The notes under the pieces are model-generated. The model ran no database searches. It was given only the letters and a program-made list of their open reading frames with translations, and was not told the DNA's origin. 64,000 bases of DNA. Origin: Pseudomonadota bacterium. Lineage in GTDB: Bacteria > Desulfobacterota > Desulfobulbia > Desulfobulbales > JAHJIY01. Both the position numbers and the translations under genes were made by a program. Where the stretch lies: assembly GCA_018823175.1 (NCBI GenBank), contig JAHJIY010000007.1, positions 32,725 through 96,724 of the forward strand, in the 5' to 3' direction. Below are positions 1-9,007 of the stretch, piece by piece (positions within the stretch are counted from its first letter, which is position 1; each line of letters begins with the position of its first letter).

Positions 1-1
1 T

Positions 2-1120
2 AAGAACTTCACGGTTAATATCTACGAGAAACACCGGATGATGTGGGACGTGCGGCAGCGGTTCGCTACCTTTATCTCGCCCAAGGATCCGATGATCCTC
101 GAGTTTGTGCGGTCGATCGTTACTCAGTACGGCGAGGCGGCCGAGATCATGCAGCAGGCGGCCGTGATCTTTGATGCCTTGGGGGTAATGGGGGTGACCT
201 ATATGCAGGATCCCAGTAACCCCTATCAGATAACCTCCGGCAACACCGATTTTGTTGATTATATCCAGTATCCCAGAGAAACCCTGCAACGGCGTTCCGG
301 GGATTGTGATGATCTGGTCGCCCTTTATGCCGCTTCCCTTGAGAGTCTCGGGATCAGGACCAAGGTCCTTGAGGTGCCGGGCCATATGTTGATGATGTTT
401 TCCACCGGCATCAAGTCTGCGCCGGATGGCGATACCCTGGAAGGACTTTACGTTATCCATGAAGGTGAGTTGTGGGTGCCGGTTGAAACCACCCTGGTCG
501 GCAGCTCCTTTGTCAAGGCCTGGGAGAAGGGGAGTGTTACTTATTACGAGTGGGTTACGATCGGGCAACTTTCCATGTTTGAAATACGCGAGGCCTGGGG
601 GAAATATAAACCGGCCAGTCTGCCCCATTCCGCCTGGCGGCCGCCGAGCATCACCCGGGACAAGATCGAAGAAAAGTTCCACGAAGAATTTAGTACTTTA
701 AAGAAGATAAGCCTGCGTTTCAAAAATCGTAATTTCTTTAATATCCTGAAGAAAGATCCTGATAATGTCGAGGTGCGGATCTATCTCGGTATTGTTTATG
801 CCAAGGCCAATGAGTTGGCGGAAGCGGCCAAATTATTCAAGAAGGTTCTTGATATTGATCGTGAAAATGTCGGGGCCTTTAATAATCTGGGCAATATTCG
901 TTTCATGGAAGGAAATTATAAAGAAGCCCGGGTTTCTTACGAGAAGGCGGCCGAACTTGACCCAGCCGACCCGTTGGTCACGGTTAATCTGGCTCGTTGC
1001 TATCAGAGGCTTGATCTGATCGACAAGGCCAAGGCGACCTTTAAAAAAGGATACGAGTTGGACCCGGCAATTGCCAAAGAGTATCGGGCGTTGGCCTTGG
1101 AGTTGCTTGGTTCTTTGTAG
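2..1120 (+). CDS. Transglutaminase-like cysteine protease domain protein with C-terminal TPR repeats (5' partial, frame open to window edge)
   Basis: No stop in this frame from nt 2. Transglutaminase-like core RRSGDCDDLVALYAASLESLGI ... VPGHMLMMF. C-terminal TPR-like repeats (AKANELAEAAKLFKKVLDID, GNIRFMEGNYKEARVSYEKAAELDP). Confidence 0.7.
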   Translation, partial: KNFTVNIYEKHRMMWDVRQRFATFISPKDPMILEFVRSIVTQYGEAAEIMQQAAVIFDALGVMGVTYMQDPSNPYQITSGNTDFVDYIQYPRETLQRRSGDCDDLVALYAASLESLGIRTKVLEVPGHMLMMFSTGIKSAPDGDTLEGLYVIHEGELWVPVETTLVGSSFVKAWEKGSVTYYEWVTIGQLSMFEIREAWGKYKPASLPHSAWRPPSITRDKIEEKFHEEFSTLKKISLRFKNRNFFNILKKDPDNVEVRIYLGIVYAKANELAEAAKLFKKVLDIDRENVGAFNNLGNIRFMEGNYKEARVSYEKAAELDPADPLVTVNLARCYQRLDLIDKAKATFKKGYELDPAIAKEYRALALELLGSL

Positions 1121-1179
1121 ATCGAAAAATGTCGGGTAATAATGTACGCCAATCATAAAAAATGAATAGAGGTGACCTG

Positions 1180-1692
1180 ATGAAAAGAATAATCGTTGTG
1201 GCCTTAACAGTATTGTTGATGGCTTCTTCCGTCGCTCTGGCAGAAGAGAATAGCGGCGAGGAGAAAAAAGACAGTCTGTGGGAGATGATCAGAAATAAAA
1301 TCGAGCAGGTCACTCCGAATAAAAAACTGGTGGTGACGACGGCGGTCGGAGGAGTGCGCGGGGCCAGGAGTGAGGCCGGCACCGATCTTTACTGGCGGGG
1401 CGAGGACTTGCAGATCAAGAACGAACAGGAGATGGCTAAATTCGAGAGCGCTTTGCAGGCCGCGGAAAAGGGTGAAACGGCGCAGGCCCTTTCCTTCTTT
1501 GAAGGATTTAAGGCGGAATATCCGGAAAGCGATTTGCAGGAGTACGCAAATCAGGCGATTGCTGAATTAAACAGTTTGATTGCGGTTGAGGAAAAGAAAG
1601 GCAATATGGCACAAGAAGCAACTGGAGGGAGTAGTGCGGTTGGCAAACCGGTTGTCCAGGAATTCATGCCGGGCTCAACGGCCACGCCTTGA
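1180..1692 (+). CDS. Secreted hypothetical protein (signal peptide, Glu/Lys-rich)
   Basis: ATG at 1180 preceded by AGAGGTGA. N-terminus MKRIIVVALTVLLMASSVALA looks like a signal peptide. No family recognised. Confidence 0.5.
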   Translation: MKRIIVVALTVLLMASSVALAEENSGEEKKDSLWEMIRNKIEQVTPNKKLVVTTAVGGVRGARSEAGTDLYWRGEDLQIKNEQEMAKFESALQAAEKGETAQALSFFEGFKAEYPESDLQEYANQAIAELNSLIAVEEKKGNMAQEATGGSSAVGKPVVQEFMPGSTATP

Positions 1693-1836
1693 TCAGATGA
1701 ATTAAATCAAGTCTCTGCCAATGAGAATAACGAAGGATGAAAGTGACGAGTAACAAGCAGAAACCTGTTACTTGTCATTTGCATCTAAAGTTTTGGCGTG
1801 CCGGTCAATGTCTGTTCAAAAAAGTCCGGCGGCAAA

Positions 1837-3660
1837 TTACCCCGGTAATTGGGTTGCCGGAATAAAAATGGTGAAAACCGAACCATGACCGACTTCACTT
1901 TCCACCTCCACTCTGCCCTGATGGGCCTGCACAATGTGTTTGACAATGGCCAGCCCCAGACCGGTGCCGCCGAGCTTTCTGCTGCGGTCCTTGTCGCTGC
2001 GGTAAAATCGGTCAAAAAGAAAGGGTAGATGTTCCTGACCAATGCCCACTCCGTAGTCCTGGACGCTGATTTCGACCATTTCCCCATGGTTTTTGGCGGT
2101 CCGCAGTCCCACTCTGATTTCAACCTTACTTGATGGATTTGAGTATTTGATCGCATTGACCAGCAGGTTCACGATGGCCTGCTCCATGAGCTGGCCATCC
2201 ATCGGCGCCATAAGTTCGGTCGGGCAATTGAGCCGGATGGTCATCTCTTTTTCGGCGGCTTTGAGGCTGCAGACCTGGAGGGCCTCGTCGAGTATGCTCC
2301 TCACCCTGGTTGGCACAGGATGAATTTCATTGTATTCAATCTCTTTTTCGATGCGGGAAAGTTCCAGCAGGTCGTTGACAATGGCCTGCAGCCGGTTGGA
2401 CTGGCGGAGGATAATTTCCAGAAATTTTCTGGTCTGTTCCCGGTCGTTAGGATCGGTGTCCAGAATCGTCTCGGTATAGCCCTTGATCGAAGTCAGCGGG
2501 GTCATTAATTCGTGGGAAACATTGGCGACGAATTCCCGGCGCACATTTTCCAGGCGGCGGATATGGGTAACGTCATTCAAAACAACCACTGCCCCAAATT
2601 GATGCCCGTTGCTATCCAGAAGTCGAACGCCACTGTATTGCAGGAAGATCTTTTTTGCCCCCTTGACCATTGAAATTTCTTCCGCCACTGCTTCGGGGCC
2701 GGCCAGGGTCGTGTCGACCAATCTTTCAATATCTATATTGCGCAGTATTGCCTGGGTACTTCGGCCGATCGCTTTTTCCGCCGGTATTTTCAGGAGCCGA
2801 CAAGCGGAAGCGTTTATCGTGGTGACATGTTTGTCATTGTCAATGACCATGATGGCTTCCGCCATTGAGGCCAATATGGTCTGTAGTTCATTGCGCTGAT
2901 TGACAATCGTGTCGATCCTTTCCTGAAGTTTGAAGGCCATGCTGTTCATCGCGTTGACCAGGGTTCCCACCTCCAGGGAGCAGTCGCTGGTCACGGCGAG
3001 TGGCGAGCTGAAGTTTTCCCGGGCAAACTGTTCCGCTCTTCGGGTCATTTCTTCCAGGGGCTTGCTGATTCTTTTTGAGATGATGATGGCGGCCAGCATC
3101 GCCAGGAGCGCTACGATGATGCCGGATATCGCGACTTTGACCCGCAGATCCCGTAAAGTCTGTTCAATGGCCGAGGCGGGCATTGAGACCCGCAGCACGT
3201 GGAATTTCTCATTTTTGTCTGCCGCCGATGGGCCGGGAAGTGGAATTGCCACATAAAGCATCTTGACGCCCAAAGATGAGCTGAAGCGAAGATTGGTCCC
3301 GATTTTTCCTGAGATGGCGCTTTTGATTTCCGGCCGGTTGCTGTGGTCGCCTAATTTTTCCGGGTTTTCGTCCGAGTCGGCGATTACGGTACCGGAGGGA
3401 TTAATTACCGTAATCCGGGTCGAGGATTTCCGGCCGATTCGCCGGCAGAAGGTATTGAGTTCTTTCTTCCGGTCCTTGGCTACCAGAAGGGCGATCTGCT
3501 CTTCGATCAGGTAGGCCCGGTTTTGCAGGGCCGTTTCCGTCCACTTGCTGTGGAACTGATCAAGGGCGGTTGAGCTGTACCATAAGATGGCGAGCAGTGA
3601 GCAAAGTGTGACCGCAAGATTGGCCGGGAAAATATGCCAGACAAGTTTTTTCAATTGCAT
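1837..3660 (-). CDS. phoR: PhoR-type sensor histidine kinase (TM-HAMP-PAS-HisKA-HATPase)
   Basis: H-box SHELMTPLTSIKGY, N-box LLVNAIKYS, G-boxes DYGVGI and GGTGLGLAIVKHIV. Lies 3 nt downstream of phoB and next to phoU-pstCAB. Confidence 0.8.
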   Translation of the reverse strand: MQLKKLVWHIFPANLAVTLCSLLAILWYSSTALDQFHSKWTETALQNRAYLIEEQIALLVAKDRKKELNTFCRRIGRKSSTRITVINPSGTVIADSDENPEKLGDHSNRPEIKSAISGKIGTNLRFSSSLGVKMLYVAIPLPGPSAADKNEKFHVLRVSMPASAIEQTLRDLRVKVAISGIIVALLAMLAAIIISKRISKPLEEMTRRAEQFARENFSSPLAVTSDCSLEVGTLVNAMNSMAFKLQERIDTIVNQRNELQTILASMAEAIMVIDNDKHVTTINASACRLLKIPAEKAIGRSTQAILRNIDIERLVDTTLAGPEAVAEEISMVKGAKKIFLQYSGVRLLDSNGHQFGAVVVLNDVTHIRRLENVRREFVANVSHELMTPLTSIKGYTETILDTDPNDREQTRKFLEIILRQSNRLQAIVNDLLELSRIEKEIEYNEIHPVPTRVRSILDEALQVCSLKAAEKEMTIRLNCPTELMAPMDGQLMEQAIVNLLVNAIKYSNPSSKVEIRVGLRTAKNHGEMVEISVQDYGVGIGQEHLPFLFDRFYRSDKDRSRKLGGTGLGLAIVKHIVQAHQGRVEVESEVGHGSVFTIFIPATQLPG

Positions 3661-3663
3661 TTT

Positions 3664-4359
3664 TCAGTCCTTGAGCCGATAGCCGATTCCTCTGACCGTT
3701 TCGATGTTTTTCCCTGCCGCGCCCATTTTTTTCCGGAGGTTGAAAACCTGGACATCGATCATTCTGGGAGTCACCATATAATCATAACCGCGCACTGCAT
3801 CGATGATCTGCTGGCGGCTGAAGGCCCAACCCGGCCTGTTTGCCAATAGGGCGATGATGGCAAATTCGGTGATGGTCAGGGCTATTTTCTGGTCGTCGAC
3901 AAAAATCTCATGTCGTCCCGGAAAAATTTGCAGACCCTTGACCGAGATGGATTTTTCGGATTCCAGGTCGCTTGTGCTGCTCTTTTCGGTGCGGCGCAGC
4001 GCCGCCTTTACCCGGGCGACCAGCACCTTGGGGCTGAAGGGTTTGGTGATATAATCATCGGCGCCATGCTCGAGTCCGGCAATGATTTCGGCTTCTTCCC
4101 GCTTGGCGGTCAGCATGATAACCGGCATTGAGGAAAATGCTTCGCTCGCCCTGATCTGCCGGCATATTTCCAGGCCGTTTTTGCCGGGCAGCATCAGGTC
4201 AAGAAGGACGGCGTCGATTTTTTCTTTTTCCAGAAGCCGCAAACCATCTTCCCCATTGTTGACGCAGGAAACGTGGAAACCGGCTTTGATGAGATTGAAG
4301 CTGACCAGCTGCTGGATATCTTCATCATCTTCGACGATAAGTATATGGTATTTGCTCAT
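3664..4359 (-). CDS. phoB: OmpR/PhoB-family response regulator
   Basis: Receiver ILIVEDDEDI ... LLDLMLPG ... ITKPF. Winged-helix C-terminus VETVRGIGYRLK. Divergent from phoU-pst. Confidence 0.85.
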   Translation of the reverse strand: MSKYHILIVEDDEDIQQLVSFNLIKAGFHVSCVNNGEDGLRLLEKEKIDAVLLDLMLPGKNGLEICRQIRASEAFSSMPVIMLTAKREEAEIIAGLEHGADDYITKPFSPKVLVARVKAALRRTEKSSTSDLESEKSISVKGLQIFPGRHEIFVDDQKIALTITEFAIIALLANRPGWAFSRQQIIDAVRGYDYMVTPRMIDVQVFNLRKKMGAAGKNIETVRGIGYRLKD

Positions 4360-4464
4360 GGGGTCCTATTTTCCGGAGGTGTGAAGTCTATTATGTTAAA
4401 AGATAGTGTGGCCGCAGAAAACATGCAATTAAATAGCAGGATCATAACCGGATATTAATTTTTT

Positions 4465-4481
4465 CTTAACACGATCTTAAT
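4465..4481 (+). promoter_or_regulatory. Candidate Pho box (direct hexamers CTTAAC / CTTAAT with 11-bp register)
   Basis: CTTAAC at 4465-4470 and CTTAAT at 4476-4481 in the phoBR / phoU-pst divergent intergenic region. A related GATCTTAAT-N5-ATTAAT occurs upstream of pstS. Confidence 0.3.
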
Positions 4482-4591
4482 ATTGGCCGGTTAAAGGTAA
4501 AGGAATTGTCCCATATTTTTTTTAAGATGCGGTAGTGAGATAACTGGATTGAATCTACCTTGATAATAGATGTTTTTGCCGGGAGAAAATA

Positions 4592-5248
4592 ATGCACCAT
4601 AACTATCAGAAGCAAATTGACAAACTCCGGGAAAATTTTCTGACCCTGGGCAGCCTGGTCGAAGATCGGGTCAGAAAGGCCTGTTCTGCCTTTAACAGTA
4701 GTGATCAGGCCGACCTCGATATGGTAATCCGCTCCGATTATGAGATTGATGAGATGGAGGTTGAGATCGAAGAAGAATGTCTGAAGATCCTGGCCCTTTA
4801 TCAGCCGGTCGCCAAAGATTTACGCTATATCATCGCCTTGATCAAGATTAACAGTGAGGTTGAGCGAATCGGTGATTATGCGGTGAAAATCGCCATGCGG
4901 GTCAAGTTTATCTCCGAGCACGGCAATCAGGTCTTCCCGATGGATTATCGACCGATGGCCGAAAAGGTCATTGCCATGTTGAAGATGAGTCTTGACGCCC
5001 TGGTTGATAAGGACGCCGAACTTGCCCATCAGATATTTCTGCTTGACGATGAGGTGGATACCATGCGTGATCAGGCCTATGACATTATCAAGGCGCAGCT
5101 GAGGAAACAGCCCGACCATGCCGGCTCTCTGCTCAATGGTTACCTGGTCGCCCGTCACCTTGAAAGGATCGCCGACCGGGCCACCAACATCGCCGAGGAA
5201 GTTATCTATATGGTGCATGGTGATATCGTCCGTGGCGAGCACAACTGA
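4592..5248 (+). CDS. phoU: Phosphate signalling complex protein PhoU
   Basis: Two PhoU repeats with ERIGDYAVKIA and ERIADRATNIAEEV motifs; 218 aa. Confidence 0.9.
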   Translation: MHHNYQKQIDKLRENFLTLGSLVEDRVRKACSAFNSSDQADLDMVIRSDYEIDEMEVEIEEECLKILALYQPVAKDLRYIIALIKINSEVERIGDYAVKIAMRVKFISEHGNQVFPMDYRPMAEKVIAMLKMSLDALVDKDAELAHQIFLLDDEVDTMRDQAYDIIKAQLRKQPDHAGSLLNGYLVARHLERIADRATNIAEEVIYMVHGDIVRGEHN

Positions 5249-5269
5249 TTCCGGGAAAAAGGAACTTTT

Positions 5270-6658
5270 ATGTCTTCCTCATTGTTGCTTATTGTTCTTC
5301 TGGGTTTGTCGGCGGTCGCTTTTCATTTAGGGCGCCGTCGGGCCATTGCGCTGGGGCGGGCCAGCGGCTCGTCCCGCAGCCTCCATTCCCGTCCGGTCTA
5401 CTATGGGACGTTGACTGCTCTCTGGTGCGGGTTGCCGGCCCTGTTTATCTTTGCGCTCTGGCAGGCCCTGGAATCAAATATCATGGTCCGGCTGACGATC
5501 AGTACTCTGCCTGAGCAAATCCGCTCGTTGCCGGCCGCCGGTCTTGGTCTGGTTATTAATGATATAAAAAACCTGGCCGCCGGCAGTTCATTTGGCGGCA
5601 TCCCCGATCCGGTTATCGAAGCGGCTGCCGACTATTATCGGCATCTTCAGGAACTAGGCGGTTTGCTCAAGGGCGGGACGTTAACTGTTCTTTCTCTGGT
5701 GGCCATGGTTTTTGGTTTAAGCCGGTTGACCCCAAAATTACGGGCCCGAAATCAGGTTGAGGCCCTGGTCAAGGTGTTGTTGATTATCTGTTCAACTATG
5801 GCGATCCTTACCACCATCGGCATTGTCCTGTCGGTTCTTTTCGAGGCCCTCCGTTTTTTTCAGAAGGTGCCGCTGACCGATTTCCTTTTTGGTCTGGAGT
5901 GGAGTCCGCAAACGGCGATCCGCACTGATCAGGTCGGTTCCTCCGGGGCATTTGGCGCGGTACCCGTTTTTGCCGGCACCCTGATGATTTCGGCCCTGGC
6001 CATGCTGGTGGCAGTGCCCATCGGCCTGATGTCGGCCATTTATCTGGCGGAATACGCCGGCAAGAAGGTCCGGGCCGTGGCCAAGCCGCTGATCGAGATC
6101 CTGGCCGGCGTGCCGACTGTGGTCTATGGATTTTTTGCCGCTCTGGTCGTTGCTCCTTTTATCCGTGATCTGGGCGCTCATCTCGGGATCTCGGTTTCCT
6201 CCGAGAGCGCCCTGGCCGCCGGCCTGATCATGGGGATTATGATTATCCCTTTTATTATGTCCATTTCAGACGATGTGATTAATGCAGTGCCGCAGACCTT
6301 GCGGGATGGTTCCTATGCCTTGGGGGCCACCAAGAATGAGACGGTCCGTCGGGTCCTTTTGCCGGCAGCGCTGCCCGGTATTGTCGGAGGCGTCCTGCTT
6401 GCCGTTTCCCGGGCGATTGGCGAGACGATGATTGTGGTCATGGCGGCAGGCCTTTCGGCCAAATTGACCGCCAATCCCCTGCAGGCGGTGACCACGGTTA
6501 CCGTCCAGATTGTGACCCTGTTGGTCGGGGACCAGGAGTTTGACAGCCCCAAGACCCTGGCCGCCTTCGCTCTTGGCCTGCTGCTTTTTCTGATCACCCT
6601 GCTGCTTAATGTGACCGCTCTTTATATCGTCCGAAAATATCGTGAACAATATGAATAG
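5270..6658 (+). CDS. pstC: Phosphate ABC transporter permease PstC (long form)
   Basis: Multi-TM protein with permease motif SRAIGETMIVVMAAG; sits between phoU and pstA. Confidence 0.9.
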   Translation: MSSSLLLIVLLGLSAVAFHLGRRRAIALGRASGSSRSLHSRPVYYGTLTALWCGLPALFIFALWQALESNIMVRLTISTLPEQIRSLPAAGLGLVINDIKNLAAGSSFGGIPDPVIEAAADYYRHLQELGGLLKGGTLTVLSLVAMVFGLSRLTPKLRARNQVEALVKVLLIICSTMAILTTIGIVLSVLFEALRFFQKVPLTDFLFGLEWSPQTAIRTDQVGSSGAFGAVPVFAGTLMISALAMLVAVPIGLMSAIYLAEYAGKKVRAVAKPLIEILAGVPTVVYGFFAALVVAPFIRDLGAHLGISVSSESALAAGLIMGIMIIPFIMSISDDVINAVPQTLRDGSYALGATKNETVRRVLLPAALPGIVGGVLLAVSRAIGETMIVVMAAGLSAKLTANPLQAVTTVTVQIVTLLVGDQEFDSPKTLAAFALGLLLFLITLLLNVTALYIVRKYREQYE

Positions 6659-6746
6659 AGCGGAGCGTAAAAAGGTCTTGATCTTAGGTAGAGATTTATT
6701 CCCTGGTTGTTTCGGGCCAGGTCTTAACTTTTAAAAAAAGGGCATC

Positions 6747-8018
6747 ATGTCACAACAAAAAATATCAACCATTGAACTGGTGAACAAGGGGCTGGCCAAA
6801 CGATACCGGGCTGAAAAACGTTTCAGGCTTATCGGCCTGGGTGCCATTGTGCTTAGCCTTACTTTTCTGGCCATTCTGTTTGCCACGATCACGTTTAACG
6901 GGTACACGGCTTTCCAGCAGACCTGGCTGGAGCTGACGATCTTTTTTGATCCGCAGATGCTTGATGCCAAAAATCTGCGGCAGGCCGATTACGACGGTCT
7001 GGTCAAGAAAAGTCTGCGGGATAATTTCCCGGAGGTCAGCGGCCGGAGTCAGAAGAAAGATTTGTATACGCTGGTCAGCAGCGGGGCCGCTTATAAACTG
7101 CAGGACATGGTGGTGGCGGACACCGGGATTATCGGCACGACCCGGCAGGTGTGGGTCCCGGCCTCGGATGACGTTGATATGTTGATCAAAGGCAATATTG
7201 ATCGCAGTCAGCCGGAAAGCGATCGTCAGCTCAAAGATATTCAACTCGCCTGGATTGATCAGCTGGTCAAGGAGGGTCGTTTGGCCAAGCGCTTCAATCT
7301 TGCTTTCTTTACGGCCGGGGATTCACGGGAGCCTGAGCTTGCCGGGATATTCGGGGCGACAATCGGTTCGGCTTATATGCTGCTCATCACCCTGCTGCTA
7401 TCTTTCCCGGTGGGTGTGGCCACCGCGGTTTATCTGGAAGAGTTTGCCAAAAGGAACCGTTGGACCGACCTGGTCGAGGTCAATATCAATAACCTGGCCG
7501 CCGTCCCCTCCATTGTTTTTGGTCTGCTGGGTCTGGCGGTCTTTCTTAATTTCTTCGGTCTGCCGAGGTCATCACCCCTGGTTGGAGGTCTGGTCATGAC
7601 CCTGATGACCTTGCCGACGATTATTATTGCCAGTCGCATTGCCTTGCAGTCAGTGCCGCCGTCGATCCGGGAGGCGGCCCTCGGGATCGGTGCCTCCAAG
7701 ATGCAGACCGTGATCCATCATGTCTTGCCGCTGGCCTTGCCGGGGATGTTGACCGGCACGATTATCGGTATGGGGCGCGCTTTAGGGGAAAGCGCCCCGC
7801 TACTGATGATTGGTATGGTGGCCTTTATTGTCGATATTCCGGGCAGTCTGACCGACTCAGCCACGGCCCTGCCGGTCCAGATCTATTTGTGGGCGGATTG
7901 CCCCGAGCAAGCCTTTATGGAGAGGACCTCGGCCGCCATTATGGTCCTGCTGGCCTTCCTTGTTTTGATGAACGGCACTGCGGTCCTCTTGCGAAATCGG
8001 TTTGAGCGCCGCTGGTAA
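6747..8018 (+). CDS. pstA: Phosphate ABC transporter permease PstA (long form)
   Basis: Permease motif GRALGESAPLLMIGM; multi-TM; followed by pstB. Confidence 0.9.
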   Translation: MSQQKISTIELVNKGLAKRYRAEKRFRLIGLGAIVLSLTFLAILFATITFNGYTAFQQTWLELTIFFDPQMLDAKNLRQADYDGLVKKSLRDNFPEVSGRSQKKDLYTLVSSGAAYKLQDMVVADTGIIGTTRQVWVPASDDVDMLIKGNIDRSQPESDRQLKDIQLAWIDQLVKEGRLAKRFNLAFFTAGDSREPELAGIFGATIGSAYMLLITLLLSFPVGVATAVYLEEFAKRNRWTDLVEVNINNLAAVPSIVFGLLGLAVFLNFFGLPRSSPLVGGLVMTLMTLPTIIIASRIALQSVPPSIREAALGIGASKMQTVIHHVLPLALPGMLTGTIIGMGRALGESAPLLMIGMVAFIVDIPGSLTDSATALPVQIYLWADCPEQAFMERTSAAIMVLLAFLVLMNGTAVLLRNRFERRW

Positions 8019-8106
8019 GCAGATAGGATTATAAAATTAAATATGGTTGTAAACATCAAGGTCCGGATGGTTTCTGTCCGGGCCTTATTTCCGGAGTTTT
8101 ATAATT

Positions 8107-8931
8107 ATGGTTGAAAAAAAGAGTCAGCTGATCAGTGTGGATGATCGAAAAACGGTCGGTCAGCAATTTGTCGAAAATCCTCGGATGACCTGTCGTGATG
8201 TGAATGTCTATTATGGCGACAAGCATGCCGTTCATGACGTGTCGATTGATATTGCCCGAAATGAGGTCCTGGCGATGATCGGGCCGTCCGGCTGCGGCAA
8301 ATCAACTTTTTTGCGCTGTCTCAACCGGATGAACGATACCATTGATATCTGCCGGGTGACCGGCGAGATTACCCTGGACGACAATGATATTTATGCCAAA
8401 AATATTGATATTGTCTCGTTGCGGGCCCTGGTCGGGATGGTCTTTCAAAAACCTAATCCTTTCCCCAAGTCGATCTACGATAATGTGGCTTACGGTCCGA
8501 CGATTCACGGACTGACCGAGAGCAAATCAGATCTTGACGGGATTGTCGAGAATTCTCTGGTTAAAGCCGGTCTGTGGGATGAGGTGAAGGATCGCCTGGA
8601 CCAACCGGGCACAGGGCTGTCCGGCGGGCAGCAGCAGCGGTTATGTATTGCCCGGGCAATCGCGGTGGAACCTGAGCTCATTTTGATGGATGAACCATGT
8701 TCCGCCCTTGATCCTATCGCCACCGCCAAAATTGAGGAGCTGATCGCCGAACTGCGCGAGCAGTACACCATTGTGATTGTCACCCACAACATGCAGCAGG
8801 CGGCAAGGGTCTCCCAGCGCACCGCTTATTTTCACCTGGGTGATTTGATTGAAGTCGGTTATACTGATCGACTGTTTACTACCCCCAGGCATCAATTGAC
8901 CGAGGATTATATCACCGGCCGTTTCGGCTGA
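8107..8931 (+). CDS. pstB: Phosphate ABC transporter ATP-binding protein PstB
   Basis: Walker [10 protein letters not shown], signature LSGGQQQRL, Walker B ILMDEP, and the typical PstB C-terminus YITGRFG. Confidence 0.95.
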   Translation: MVEKKSQLISVDDRKTVGQQFVENPRMTCRDVNVYYGDKHAVHDVSIDIARNEVLAMIGPSGCGKSTFLRCLNRMNDTIDICRVTGEITLDDNDIYAKNIDIVSLRALVGMVFQKPNPFPKSIYDNVAYGPTIHGLTESKSDLDGIVENSLVKAGLWDEVKDRLDQPGTGLSGGQQQRLCIARAIAVEPELILMDEPCSALDPIATAKIEELIAELREQYTIVIVTHNMQQAARVSQRTAYFHLGDLIEVGYTDRLFTTPRHQLTEDYITGRFG

Positions 8932-9007
8932 TTTTGTCGGGGTAAACCATATATTATTATGCCGGTCCTGATTACACAGGATCGATCTCCCGATCAGCGA
9001 ACTATAC

